Shown here: positions 47,368 to 55,316 of the stretch, piece after piece
Layout of the letters: every line of letters begins with the position of its first letter
How positions within the stretch are numbered: position 1 is the stretch's first letter
DNA from: Lachnospiraceae bacterium
GTDB taxonomy: Bacteria; Bacillota; Clostridia; Lachnospirales; Lachnospiraceae
Length of the DNA stretch: 64,000 nt
Assembly: GCA_009774235.1 (NCBI GenBank)
Contig: VSNJ01000001.1
Location: forward strand, 3,872 to 67,871
Direction of reading: 5' to 3'
Position numbers and translations under genes: made by a program
Notes under the pieces: generated by a model
The model's database searches: none
Seen by the model: the letters and a program-made list of their open reading frames with translations, nothing else
What the model was told of the DNA's origin: nothing

Positions 47368-48093
47368 ATGAGGTTAATATTAGTAGCAATATTTTTAATA
47401 TTATATGGTATTTTTACTATTCCAATGTGTCTGGTAGAGTGGATAGCAGGCAAGATAAGTCCTATTAAGAAAGCAGTTATTGCCCAGAAATGTGTGGCAG
47501 CGGGTTTTAAAATAATACTTTTTATTTCGGGTGTAAAGCTTACTGTTAAGGGAGAAGAAAATATACTTCATGGCCGTGCAGCGCTTTATACATATAACCA
47601 TAGAGGATTTTTTGATATACTTGTTGGTTATGCGACAGCGCCATTATGCTCATCATATGTGTCAAAGAAAGAGATTGAAACTGTGCCAATGATATCATGG
47701 TGGATGAAATGTATGAACTGCCTTTTTCTTGACAGAAAAGATATTAAACAAGGAATGAAAACTATATTAGAAGGGGTCGAACTTATGAAAAATGGGACTT
47801 CAGTATATATAGCTCCTGAAGGTACACGTAATAAAGGAGAAGGTGTACTTAAGTTCCATGATGCAAGTTTTAAGCTTGCTGATAAGTCAAAGTGCCCTGT
47901 AGTCCCTGTTGCAATTAGCAATACTGCTGAGGTTTTTGAAAAGCATCTTCCATGGATACACGGCCAGCATGTAATTATTGAATACTGCACCCCTATTTAT
48001 ATGGAAGATTTAGATAAGACAGAGAAAAAGCATATAGGAGAAACAGTCAGGCAGATTATATCAGAAAAACTACAGCAAAATGCCAATGAATGA
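47368..48093 (+). CDS. plsC: 1-acyl-sn-glycerol-3-phosphate acyltransferase
   Basis: NHRGFFD (HX4D), FLDR, PEGTR. Confidence 0.9.
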   Translation: MRLILVAIFLILYGIFTIPMCLVEWIAGKISPIKKAVIAQKCVAAGFKIILFISGVKLTVKGEENILHGRAALYTYNHRGFFDILVGYATAPLCSSYVSKKEIETVPMISWWMKCMNCLFLDRKDIKQGMKTILEGVELMKNGTSVYIAPEGTRNKGEGVLKFHDASFKLADKSKCPVVPVAISNTAEVFEKHLPWIHGQHVIIEYCTPIYMEDLDKTEKKHIGETVRQIISEKLQQNANE

Positions 48094-48106
48094 TAAGTTT
48101 TAGAAT

Positions 48107-48152
48107 GAAATTCGACAAGAGGTATTAAAGCCTCTGCCGAATTTCTTTTTTT
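48107..48152 (+). terminator. Terminator-like hairpin at prophage left end
   Basis: GAAATTCGACAAGAGG..CCTCTGCCGAATTTC followed by T7. Confidence 0.65.
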
Positions 48153-48239
48153 ATTGAAATAGCAGAGAAAAGGGAAAGCGTGCAGAGTGCAGAAACTCTA
48201 GCACGCTTATTTTTTTACAACGAAAGAGAGGTAAACACA

Positions 48240-48638
48240 ATGAAGAATTTTGAAATGAGATTAAAGGTTGATGAAATTCGCCGCAGGGAAATGACAGAGA
48301 GAACTTATCAAGCAGAAATCAAATTAACAGACAATACCGACTTTTCAGAAATAGTTGAATTTCTGGAAGATATTAAGAAGATTTGGAAAAAAGGAACGGC
48401 TGCTATCAAGGCAGGATTTTATATGGAGCTGGAAGTTATAGAGGCAGTATACCAGAACTGGGGAGAGCCAGAAAAAGACTTAATTCAGAAATCTTTTAAT
48501 CGTTGGGTATCAGTACCGACACATGAGCAGGACGGCGAGGGGATTTATTTAAGACCAGACACAAGATACACAGACGAATGTAGAGATATGTATTTAACAA
48601 AAGATGTGTTAAAGGATTTGGCTTTCACATTACGCTGA
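48240..48638 (+). CDS. Phage hypothetical protein
   Basis: GAGG RBS, ATG 48240. Confidence 0.75.
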   Translation: MKNFEMRLKVDEIRRREMTERTYQAEIKLTDNTDFSEIVEFLEDIKKIWKKGTAAIKAGFYMELEVIEAVYQNWGEPEKDLIQKSFNRWVSVPTHEQDGEGIYLRPDTRYTDECRDMYLTKDVLKDLAFTLR

Positions 48639-48688
48639 TTATTTGATAAGGGCGGCGAGAGCCGCCCGCATAGAAAGGAGCTGGAAAA

Positions 48689-48880
48689 ATGGCAAGGAGA
48701 TACAAGAGATTGCGCTATGAGGACAGACGGACAATAGAAAAGATGCTTAAGGCAGGCGACAGCATAGTAGAGATTGCGGCAGCAGTAGGAACGCACAGAG
48801 ATACGATTTACAAAGAGATTGAGCGCAGCGGCACGGACAAGCTGACATATACAGCTGACGTAGCGCAGGCGACACTTTAA
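48689..48880 (+). CDS. Stand-alone IS30-type helix-turn-helix protein (HTH_38-like)
   Basis: YKRLRYEDRRTIEKML..SIVEIAAAVGTHRDTIYKEIER; AAGGAG RBS. Confidence 0.8.
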   Translation: MARRYKRLRYEDRRTIEKMLKAGDSIVEIAAAVGTHRDTIYKEIERSGTDKLTYTADVAQATL

Positions 48881-48913
48881 ACCCAGAGAGGCGACGAAAG
48901 AGAGGTAAACACA

Positions 48914-49030
48914 ATGGCACGCACAAAGATAGTACCGACAGAGGGATTATTAAGCGATTTGGAGTATACAAGCGTAATAGTAAGCTACTCAAACGGGATA
49001 GACAGCACGGGGGCGCTTTATGATGAATAG
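48914..49030 (+). pseudogene. Probable remnant of PAPS-reductase-like (PP-loop) gene, 38 aa
   Basis: MARTKIVPTEGLLSDLEYTSVIVSYSNGIDSTGALYDE*; SYSNGIDST resembles SGGKDS. Confidence 0.45.
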
Positions 49031-49049
49031 GCGGCAGCGCCGCCAGCAC

Positions 49050-49143
49050 CCGCCCTTAATTTAATGGCAGAATACCGAGCTTGAAACTGGCTATAGCAGT
49101 ACAAGCCTATAGCGGGGCGCTGGTTCAATTCCAGCAGGGCGGT
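49050..49143 (+). tRNA. Atypical or degenerate tRNA-like element (Ser-TGA-like)
   Basis: Acceptor CCGCCCT/AGGGCGG, D arm ATTT-AATGGCA-GAAT, loop CT-TGA-AA, long variable arm, T arm GCTGG-TTCAATT-CCAGC; imperfect anticodon stem. Confidence 0.55.
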
Positions 49144-49449
49144 TTTGGCAGCAGGCATGGCGAGCCTGTACCAGAGGGCAGCAGGCTAATAGCTGTATCT
49201 GGATACCGTGATAAAAATAGCAGCGGTCATACCAGCTAGAGAGTATGTGGACGGTCAACAAGTTTTCTGCGGCTTTTTAATGTGAAAAGCAGCCCACACG
49301 GTAAATATCACGCCAGAGCAGGAGTACAGCGGCATGGAAAGACAGAGAGCGCCGCCGAAAAGGAGAGTTTAAGGGATTTGGCAAGGCAAGGAATTGTATA
49401 TCACGGTGGCGGCAGCAGTAATGCAGGCTGCCGCCAGAAGAGGCAGGAA

Positions 49450-49770
49450 ATGAGAGCGGCATATAAGGAATATGAGGACAGTTATATAAACGGCTATGCA
49501 GATGCCTTAGAGGATATGCGGCGCTGGCAGTGGGAAAGACGGCAGCAGGAACGGGAAAGACAAGCCCGCCGCTGGTATTTCCTTAAGCAGAGAGCGCTAG
49601 GGGCAGCAGTGCTGGTATTTACCGTGCTGGCGGTATGGATTTTAGAGAGCGACGCTACCATAGCGCTTATCACAGTACCGCTGGGGCTGGCGCTGATATT
49701 CAGCAAGAAAAAGCTGGTAGTGAATGACTATTACTTTGAAACAGAAGAGAGGCAGGCGGGCAATGATTGA
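49450..49770 (+). CDS. Phage membrane protein (2 TM)
   Basis: GAGG RBS, ATG 49450; C-terminal hydrophobic hairpin. Confidence 0.7.
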   Translation: MRAAYKEYEDSYINGYADALEDMRRWQWERRQQERERQARRWYFLKQRALGAAVLVFTVLAVWILESDATIALITVPLGLALIFSKKKLVVNDYYFETEERQAGND

Positions 49771-50527
49771 ATGTGGGTATTATAACATGGATTGCTTAGA
49801 CGGCATGGAGCTTATAGAGGATAAAACCATAGATATGATACTTTGTGATTTGCCGTATGGGACGACAAGGAACGCATGGGACAGCGTAATACCGTTTGAA
49901 AAATTGTGGAAACAGTACGAACGCATTATTAAAGATAACGGAGTGATTGCGTTGTTTTCAGCACAGCCATTTACTACGGATTTGATAAACAGCAATAGAA
50001 AATTATTCCGTTATGATTTGGTGTGGGACAAAGTGCTATCAAGCGGATTTTTAAACGCACACAAGATGCCGTTAAGAACGCATGAAACAATCTGTATATT
50101 TTACAAAAAAGCGCCAAAGTATAACCCGATTATGGAAACGAGGGGCAGACCGAGAGAAAAAGGAAATAAGGGAAATACAGATAATGGAAAAAGCTGCTAC
50201 GGGGATTTTAACGCATATTCAAAAGTAAACAATGAGTATTTCCCTACAAGCATACTGCAATTTTCTAATGGAAATAGGAACGACGGGCGCATACATAGCA
50301 CACAAAAACCAGTTTCTTTATGCGAATATCTGATAATGACATATACGGACGTTGGCGACTTGGTACTTGATAATTGCGCTGGTTCATGCACAACTGGGGT
50401 AGCGGCACATAAGACGGGCAGAAAATTTATCGGTTTTGAAATTGATAAGGAATATTACGAAAAATCCCAGAGGCGGCTGCAGCAAGAACAGGCACAAATA
50501 AACTTATTTGATATAGGGGCATTATAG
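49763..50527 (+). CDS. Orphan N6A/N4C DNA methyltransferase (beta class)
   Basis: DLPY precedes HSTQKP and LDNCAGSCTTG. Confidence 0.92.
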   Translation: MIECGYYNMDCLDGMELIEDKTIDMILCDLPYGTTRNAWDSVIPFEKLWKQYERIIKDNGVIALFSAQPFTTDLINSNRKLFRYDLVWDKVLSSGFLNAHKMPLRTHETICIFYKKAPKYNPIMETRGRPREKGNKGNTDNGKSCYGDFNAYSKVNNEYFPTSILQFSNGNRNDGRIHSTQKPVSLCEYLIMTYTDVGDLVLDNCAGSCTTGVAAHKTGRKFIGFEIDKEYYEKSQRRLQQEQAQINLFDIGAL

Positions 50528-50539
50528 GGGTGAAATAGT

Positions 50540-50752
50540 ATGGCTGAAATCATTTTACACCCGTGCCACCCAGATTATTGTAAGGAATGTGTATTTTATG
50601 GCAGCAGTAATGGTGGCTGCCAGAGTGAGGACTACATACAAAACAGCTATAAGGTAAATTGCGTGTGGCATTATTGCAAATACAAGCGGAAAAGGCACAC
50701 AGAAAGCGAGGCAGACAATGAGGCGACACAAACGGGAAAACCAGATACTTAA
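50540..50752 (+). CDS. Small Cys-rich phage protein
   Basis: CHPDYCKEC..C..CVWHYC; GGGGTG RBS. Confidence 0.6.
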   Translation: MAEIILHPCHPDYCKECVFYGSSNGGCQSEDYIQNSYKVNCVWHYCKYKRKRHTESEADNEATQTGKPDT

Positions 50753-51101
50753 AGGGCTGCTGCTGGCGGCAGCAGGCGTGGCAGCCTGCATAGCGGGGCT
50801 GATACTGTTTTTTATGTTCGTCTGGTGGCGGGCGCAGAACGCAGAGCCGACGACGGACGAAGAGGTAGCGGCGTTGATGCAGAGGCAGCAGGCAGAGCCG
50901 CTGGTTATCGAAACACCAGAGCCGACTACAGAGGGCAGTATAAGAGTATATGACTATGACGGCTGCTGTATCTACGCATACTATGGAGAAATCAAGATAA
51001 ACAGCGACGGCAGGGACGGGCGGCAGATTGATATAGAGTGTGCGGGATATTTAGAGGGATACCAGCAGCACAGAGAACCAGAAAGCGGGGTAGAGGAATG
51101 A
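50718..51101 (+). CDS. Phage single-pass membrane protein
   Basis: N-terminal TM helix; ATGA overlap with next gene. Confidence 0.7.
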   Translation: MRRHKRENQILKGLLLAAAGVAACIAGLILFFMFVWWRAQNAEPTTDEEVAALMQRQQAEPLVIETPEPTTEGSIRVYDYDGCCIYAYYGEIKINSDGRDGRQIDIECAGYLEGYQQHREPESGVEE

Positions 51102-51313
51102 AATACAAATATTACAGCACACAGCGCCCAGTATCGGCGGGGACATACCCAAAGCCAAAGGATAACCGAGTTGCGCATATCCATAATTTTGATAGGCGGC
51201 AATATGTAGCGGAGATAGGGCGGCTTGCATGGGGCTATATTGAGTATGATAAGCCGTTACAAAATGAGGATATAGACGGCTACGAGCTTATACCCGCTGC
51301 TTTCTTTTCATAA
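51098..51313 (+). CDS. DarA C-terminal-like domain protein
   Basis: YYSTQRPVSAGTYPK..AWGYIEYDKPL..YELIP pattern. Confidence 0.65.
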   Translation: MKYKYYSTQRPVSAGTYPKPKDNRVAHIHNFDRRQYVAEIGRLAWGYIEYDKPLQNEDIDGYELIPAAFFS

Positions 51314-51332
51314 CGAAAGAGGGGCAAACAAT

Positions 51333-51518
51333 ATGTATACATGGAAAAACGGGAACTACCAGCACGTAGGCGCAAATATTCAGAAAAGCATAAAAATAGA
51401 CGCTGAAACGCTGGAAGTTATAGAGGGCGTAGAGGGGCGCAGCTTTTCTGATAAAGTGCGGAACATGGCAGCAGAGTACAGACGGTTAAAGTATGACGGG
51501 CTGGCGTCTAAAAAGTAA
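51333..51518 (+). CDS. Small putative DNA-binding protein (RHH-like)
   Basis: KSIKIDAETLEVIE..SFSDKVRNM strand-helix-helix pattern. Confidence 0.55.
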   Translation: MYTWKNGNYQHVGANIQKSIKIDAETLEVIEGVEGRSFSDKVRNMAAEYRRLKYDGLASKK

Positions 51519-51565
51519 TACCTATTCAGGAATAAGTAATACTTTTGGGAAAGCGAGGGCAGCGC

Positions 51566-51841
51566 ATGAAAGAGAACGACGAGGAACGCAGGGCGCTTAT
51601 ACATAAATACTACCAGCTATACAGACCGCTACAGAAGAGGCACAGCTTAAGAGAGCATAGCCACTTTGACATATACGGCAATAATCTTATTGAAATCTGG
51701 GAGTATGAGGGCGACAGAAAAGGGCGTTGCATCTGCAAAGTAAAAGAGGACACAGAGATAGCGTGCTACCAGCGGGCAATAGAAATGCTGGAAAGCTACA
51801 GCGGAAAGGAAATAGTAAGACATGGGAAAAGGGCAGGCTAA
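51566..51841 (+). CDS. Phage hypothetical protein
   Basis: GAGG RBS, ATG 51566. Confidence 0.7.
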   Translation: MKENDEERRALIHKYYQLYRPLQKRHSLREHSHFDIYGNNLIEIWEYEGDRKGRCICKVKEDTEIACYQRAIEMLESYSGKEIVRHGKRAG

Positions 51842-52565
51842 TAAGCCAGATTTTGTACGGGACATAAACACGGCGATTATGGAAGAACTGACGGCAGGCG
51901 GCATAAAGGACAATGCAGCAGGGCTGGCAGGGGAACTGAAAGAGATAGAAGAGGTTACGGAGCTTTGCGGGCTGCGTTTTAACGGTTATCTGGCAAAGAT
52001 TGAAACACCACGCCCACGGGGGACGCTGGACGAGGTTATAGTAGCTTTTACAAGAGAGGCAGCAGGCGCAAAGGGGGATATAACGATTGAGGCAATAAGG
52101 GAAAATCTTATAGGCAGCAAAGTTATAGCAGCTGGCGTAGTGCAGACGCTTAAGGACTTTGAGAGCGGTAAGGTGCTGGTATTCATTCTGGCAGATTTTA
52201 TAAGAACGGCAAAAAGCCCTATGATGCAGGACGACGTAGCGCTACGGGGAATTATTGCGCATGAGCCTATATATAGGACGACACCGAGGGGCAAGCGCAT
52301 TACTGATATTTCAGTAATTGTTAAAAATGAGCTGACGGGTAACAAGTGTTTTATTCCCTGCATCTGCTGGCAGGAGCAGGCAGACGAGGTGGCGGGCTGG
52401 CAGCAGGGCGACACGGTAGAACTGCTGGGGAGATACCAGAGCCGCCAGTATGAAAAGGTTATTGATACTGACAGCGGCAGCAGGGAGCGGCGCACGGCTT
52501 ATGAAATATCGGTACAGCTGATTAACAGAAAGGAGCTGGCGGCTAATGTGTGTATTTTGCGGTAA
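51822..52565 (+). CDS. ssb: Single-stranded DNA-binding protein (double-OB clostridial type)
   Basis: PIYRTTPRGKRITD, FIPCICW, GRYQSRQYEK. Confidence 0.85.
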   Translation: MGKGQANKPDFVRDINTAIMEELTAGGIKDNAAGLAGELKEIEEVTELCGLRFNGYLAKIETPRPRGTLDEVIVAFTREAAGAKGDITIEAIRENLIGSKVIAAGVVQTLKDFESGKVLVFILADFIRTAKSPMMQDDVALRGIIAHEPIYRTTPRGKRITDISVIVKNELTGNKCFIPCICWQEQADEVAGWQQGDTVELLGRYQSRQYEKVIDTDSGSRERRTAYEISVQLINRKELAANVCILR

Positions 52566-52878
52566 TGCTGCCTGCACGCTGACAAAGCAGCAAGTAGTAG
52601 AGCGGGGCGCTATTCTGGAAAGCAACGCCTACGGCATTATGAGGCTGGCGACAGAGGAAAGCCCGCAGACATACAGCTTTAAGGACGTGCCAGCGTTTTA
52701 CAGCTTAAGTGCGTTGATACCAGACGAGGACGAGGAAAGCCCGCACGCATACTTACGCTTTGTCTTTGACGAGGACGAGGGGGTAGGCGAGTGCTGGGAA
52801 GAGCGGGAAGTAGAAAACCCGCTTGCGTGGCAGACAGAGCAGGAATTTATAGAACGATTTGAAAAAGGCGGCGCATGA
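52546..52878 (+). CDS. Phage hypothetical protein
   Basis: AAGGAG RBS; coupled to neighbours. Confidence 0.65.
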   Translation: MCVFCGNAACTLTKQQVVERGAILESNAYGIMRLATEESPQTYSFKDVPAFYSLSALIPDEDEESPHAYLRFVFDEDEGVGECWEEREVENPLAWQTEQEFIERFEKGGA

Positions 52879-53123
52879 CAGCCCGTGAAATCTGCCGCAG
52901 TTACCATGCCGCACGCCATAAGGCGCAGCAGATACAGATACTTGCAGAGCTGAACGACATAGACAGCCTGGAAATAATCAAGGCTTTAGTGCGTGGCGGG
53001 GAGAGGCTGCCAGACAGCACGGTAAACAAGCTGTATAAGCGGCTTGACAAGCTGGAAATGGAGATAAGGGAAAGAGAGCGGGAGTATAAGGCGATTGCGG
53101 CGGCACTGAAAGGAGAGGAATAG
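52875..53123 (+). CDS. Phage hypothetical protein (coiled-coil C-terminus)
   Basis: ATGA overlap; QIQILAELN motif. Confidence 0.7.
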   Translation: MTAREICRSYHAARHKAQQIQILAELNDIDSLEIIKALVRGGERLPDSTVNKLYKRLDKLEMEIREREREYKAIAAALKGEE

Positions 53124-53124
53124 A

Positions 53125-53613
53125 GTGAGGACAGTATACATATGCAGCCCGTATAGGGCGGATGACAGCGCCCAGCTGGATAGAAACATAGATTATGCGC
53201 AGGCGCTTACAAAGCAGGCGATAGAGGCGGGATTAGCGCCGATTACGCCACATTTATATATGACGCAGTGCTTAAACGAGGACAAGCCAGAGGAACGGGC
53301 GGCAGGCATGGCAGCAGGCTTAACGCTGCTGAAAAGCTGCGACTTTGTGATAGTGGGCGTTAAGTACGGGATAAGCGAGGGAATGAGCGCCGAAATAGCG
53401 GCGGCAGATGCAGCGGGCATAGAGGTAGTGAACGCAGACAAGCTGCGCTACAAATTGGAACATGACCGTAGGGCGTGGCTGGAAGAGTACGCAAAGCTGC
53501 ACGCCTGCGAGTTTTGCAGGGGCAGCAGGCTACACACTTGCACAAGCTACCGCTGCCAGCAGCCCTACAGAGAGGCTTACAAGTATGCAGAGAAACATTT
53601 TACAAGTGGATAA
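53125..53613 (+). CDS. DUF4406/nucleoside 2-deoxyribosyltransferase-like protein
   Basis: VYICSPY, PITPHL, LLKSCD, ISEGMSAEI. Confidence 0.75.
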   Translation: MRTVYICSPYRADDSAQLDRNIDYAQALTKQAIEAGLAPITPHLYMTQCLNEDKPEERAAGMAAGLTLLKSCDFVIVGVKYGISEGMSAEIAAADAAGIEVVNADKLRYKLEHDRRAWLEEYAKLHACEFCRGSRLHTCTSYRCQQPYREAYKYAEKHFTSG

Positions 53614-53716
53614 AGGAAAAGCCCCTACGGTACGGGAATACCATAGGGGCTAAGCTATACAGCTTTTACAACCTAAAACCAGTATATCACTGTATGGCGA
53701 AAATATCAAGAAAAAT

Positions 53717-53755
53717 GCGGGCTGCAAGCCTGCTTTATCACTTGATAAAAGTATT
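53717..53755 (+). other. Candidate rolling-circle double-strand origin
   Basis: GCGGGCT-GCA-AGCCTGC hairpin then TTTATCA-CT-TGATAAA containing CTTGATA, just upstream of Rep. Confidence 0.45.
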
Positions 53756-53793
53756 AGCTTTAGGACAAGGCTACCCAGAAAAGGAGAAAAAAT

Positions 53794-54561
53794 ATGCCAT
53801 ACGTGGAGAGGATTACAAGGGCTGGTAAAACCATAGAGATAGAGCGCTATTTTACGAGCAGATATAAAAAGCAGGGGATAAAGAGGGGGGATAAGGTTAA
53901 GCCCACCACAGAGCAGCAGGAGAAAATAAACACAAGGCAGGCAGAAAGAAAGCTGCGTATTCTGATAAATGCAAATTACGGATACGGTGACTATCATTTA
54001 GTGCTGGACTACATACGGAAAAAGGGAGAGCCAGAGAGAACAAAAGAGCAGATGCGCAAAGACATAGATATATTTCTAAGGGAGTGCCGCAAGGAGTATA
54101 AAAAGGCTGGGCTAGAGTTTAAATACATACACGTAATGGAGATAGGCAAGAAAGGCGCAAGGCATCATCATTTAGTCATAAATCAGATAGACACAAAGAT
54201 ATTGCAGCAGTGCTGGTATAAGGCGTATGAGGGGCATAACAGAGTAAAAGTATTCCCTCTGGACGATAGCGGGAACTATGCGGAGCTGGCAGCGTATTTG
54301 ATTAAATACACGGATACGCACAGAAAAGCAGAGGACGGGGCGCTACAAGGCAAGCGCTGGAATTGCAGCAGGAATTTAGTAAGACCAGAGCCAGAGATAC
54401 GGATAATTTCAAGCCGTGAATGGTTTAAGGCAGAGGCAAGACCGATTAAGGGCTACTACGTAGACAAGGACAGCGTAAGCAAGGGAGTACATAGCCCAGA
54501 GTATTACGGATATGGGTATTTCAGATACACGCTTGTAAAAATGGAGAAAGAGGGGGGATAA
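53794..54561 (+). CDS. HUH-family rolling-circle replication protein
   Basis: HLVLDY (motif 1), RHHHLVI (HUH), AAYLIKY (YxxK). Confidence 0.82.
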   Translation: MPYVERITRAGKTIEIERYFTSRYKKQGIKRGDKVKPTTEQQEKINTRQAERKLRILINANYGYGDYHLVLDYIRKKGEPERTKEQMRKDIDIFLRECRKEYKKAGLEFKYIHVMEIGKKGARHHHLVINQIDTKILQQCWYKAYEGHNRVKVFPLDDSGNYAELAAYLIKYTDTHRKAEDGALQGKRWNCSRNLVRPEPEIRIISSREWFKAEARPIKGYYVDKDSVSKGVHSPEYYGYGYFRYTLVKMEKEGG

Positions 54562-54562
54562 G

Positions 54563-54727
54563 ATGCAGGCAGTAAAGGTTATAGGGATTGCGGCAGCAGT
54601 CATAGGGGCAGGGCTTTTGAGTGCGGGGCTGGCAGCAGTAGGCGCACTGGCGGTAGCCATAAAGCACGCCAGCGAGGATATGAGGAACCGGGAACGCTGG
54701 AACGATAACGACGACAGAGGGGCATAG
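54563..54727 (+). CDS. Small phage membrane protein (54 aa)
   Basis: MQAVKVIGIAAAVIGAGLLSAGLAAVGALAVAIK..; RBS present; below ORF-track cutoff. Confidence 0.6.
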   Translation: MQAVKVIGIAAAVIGAGLLSAGLAAVGALAVAIKHASEDMRNRERWNDNDDRGA

Positions 54728-54730
54728 GGA

Positions 54731-54883
54731 ATGAGGCAGAGGCTTATATACTGGTTATTCCAGAAAGGCAAGAACTGTAAGCACTGCTGCATATGGTGTG
54801 AGTATTTCAGTATATGCAGGGCAGATGTGCTGGCGCAGAACGAAAGAGAGGAAAACCACGGAAAGGAGAGAGCGGGAACATGA
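54731..54883 (+). CDS. Small Cys-rich phage protein (50 aa)
   Basis: MRQRLIYWLFQKGKNCKHCCIWCEYFSICR..; ATGA overlap with next gene. Confidence 0.6.
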   Translation: MRQRLIYWLFQKGKNCKHCCIWCEYFSICRADVLAQNEREENHGKERAGT

Positions 54884-55290
54884 GGAACTTTAGGCTGGAC
54901 GACGAGAGCGGGCATCAAGAGGCGCTATTTAGCTGGGCGGCATACCAGCAAGGGCGTATGCCAGAGTTAGAGTATCTGCATCATGTACCAAACGGCGGCA
55001 AAAGGGACAAGGCGACAGCCACGGCGCTTAAGAGGCAGGGCGTTAAGGCGGGAGTGCCAGACATTGTGCTACCAGCAGTACGGGCAGGATACCACGGGCT
55101 GTACATAGAGCTTAAGGCTGGAAAGAATACCACAACGGACAATCAGAAACGCTGGTTAGAGTATCTGCGGCAGCAGGGATATTATACGGCGGTATGCTAT
55201 GGCTGGCAGCCAGCGGCAGAACTGATAGAGCGGTATTTACTGCACCCAGAAGAGCTTACACAAGAGCAGGAAACAATTACAATGCGCTAG
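54880..55290 (+). CDS. VRR-NUC domain nuclease
   Basis: HHVPNGGKR, GVKAGVPDI, LYIELK, Q..W. Confidence 0.9.
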   Translation: MRNFRLDDESGHQEALFSWAAYQQGRMPELEYLHHVPNGGKRDKATATALKRQGVKAGVPDIVLPAVRAGYHGLYIELKAGKNTTTDNQKRWLEYLRQQGYYTAVCYGWQPAAELIERYLLHPEELTQEQETITMR

Positions 55291-55316
55291 AGGCGGCGCA
55301 GAAAGAGAGGCAGAGA

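Noticed and set aside
48689..48880. IS30 insertion sequence
   Set aside because: Only the HTH is present, with own RBS and stop; no DDE domain or IRs around it
49282..49449. GTG-extended N-terminus of the phage membrane protein
   Set aside because: No RBS and overlaps structured region; ATG 49450 has a proper RBS
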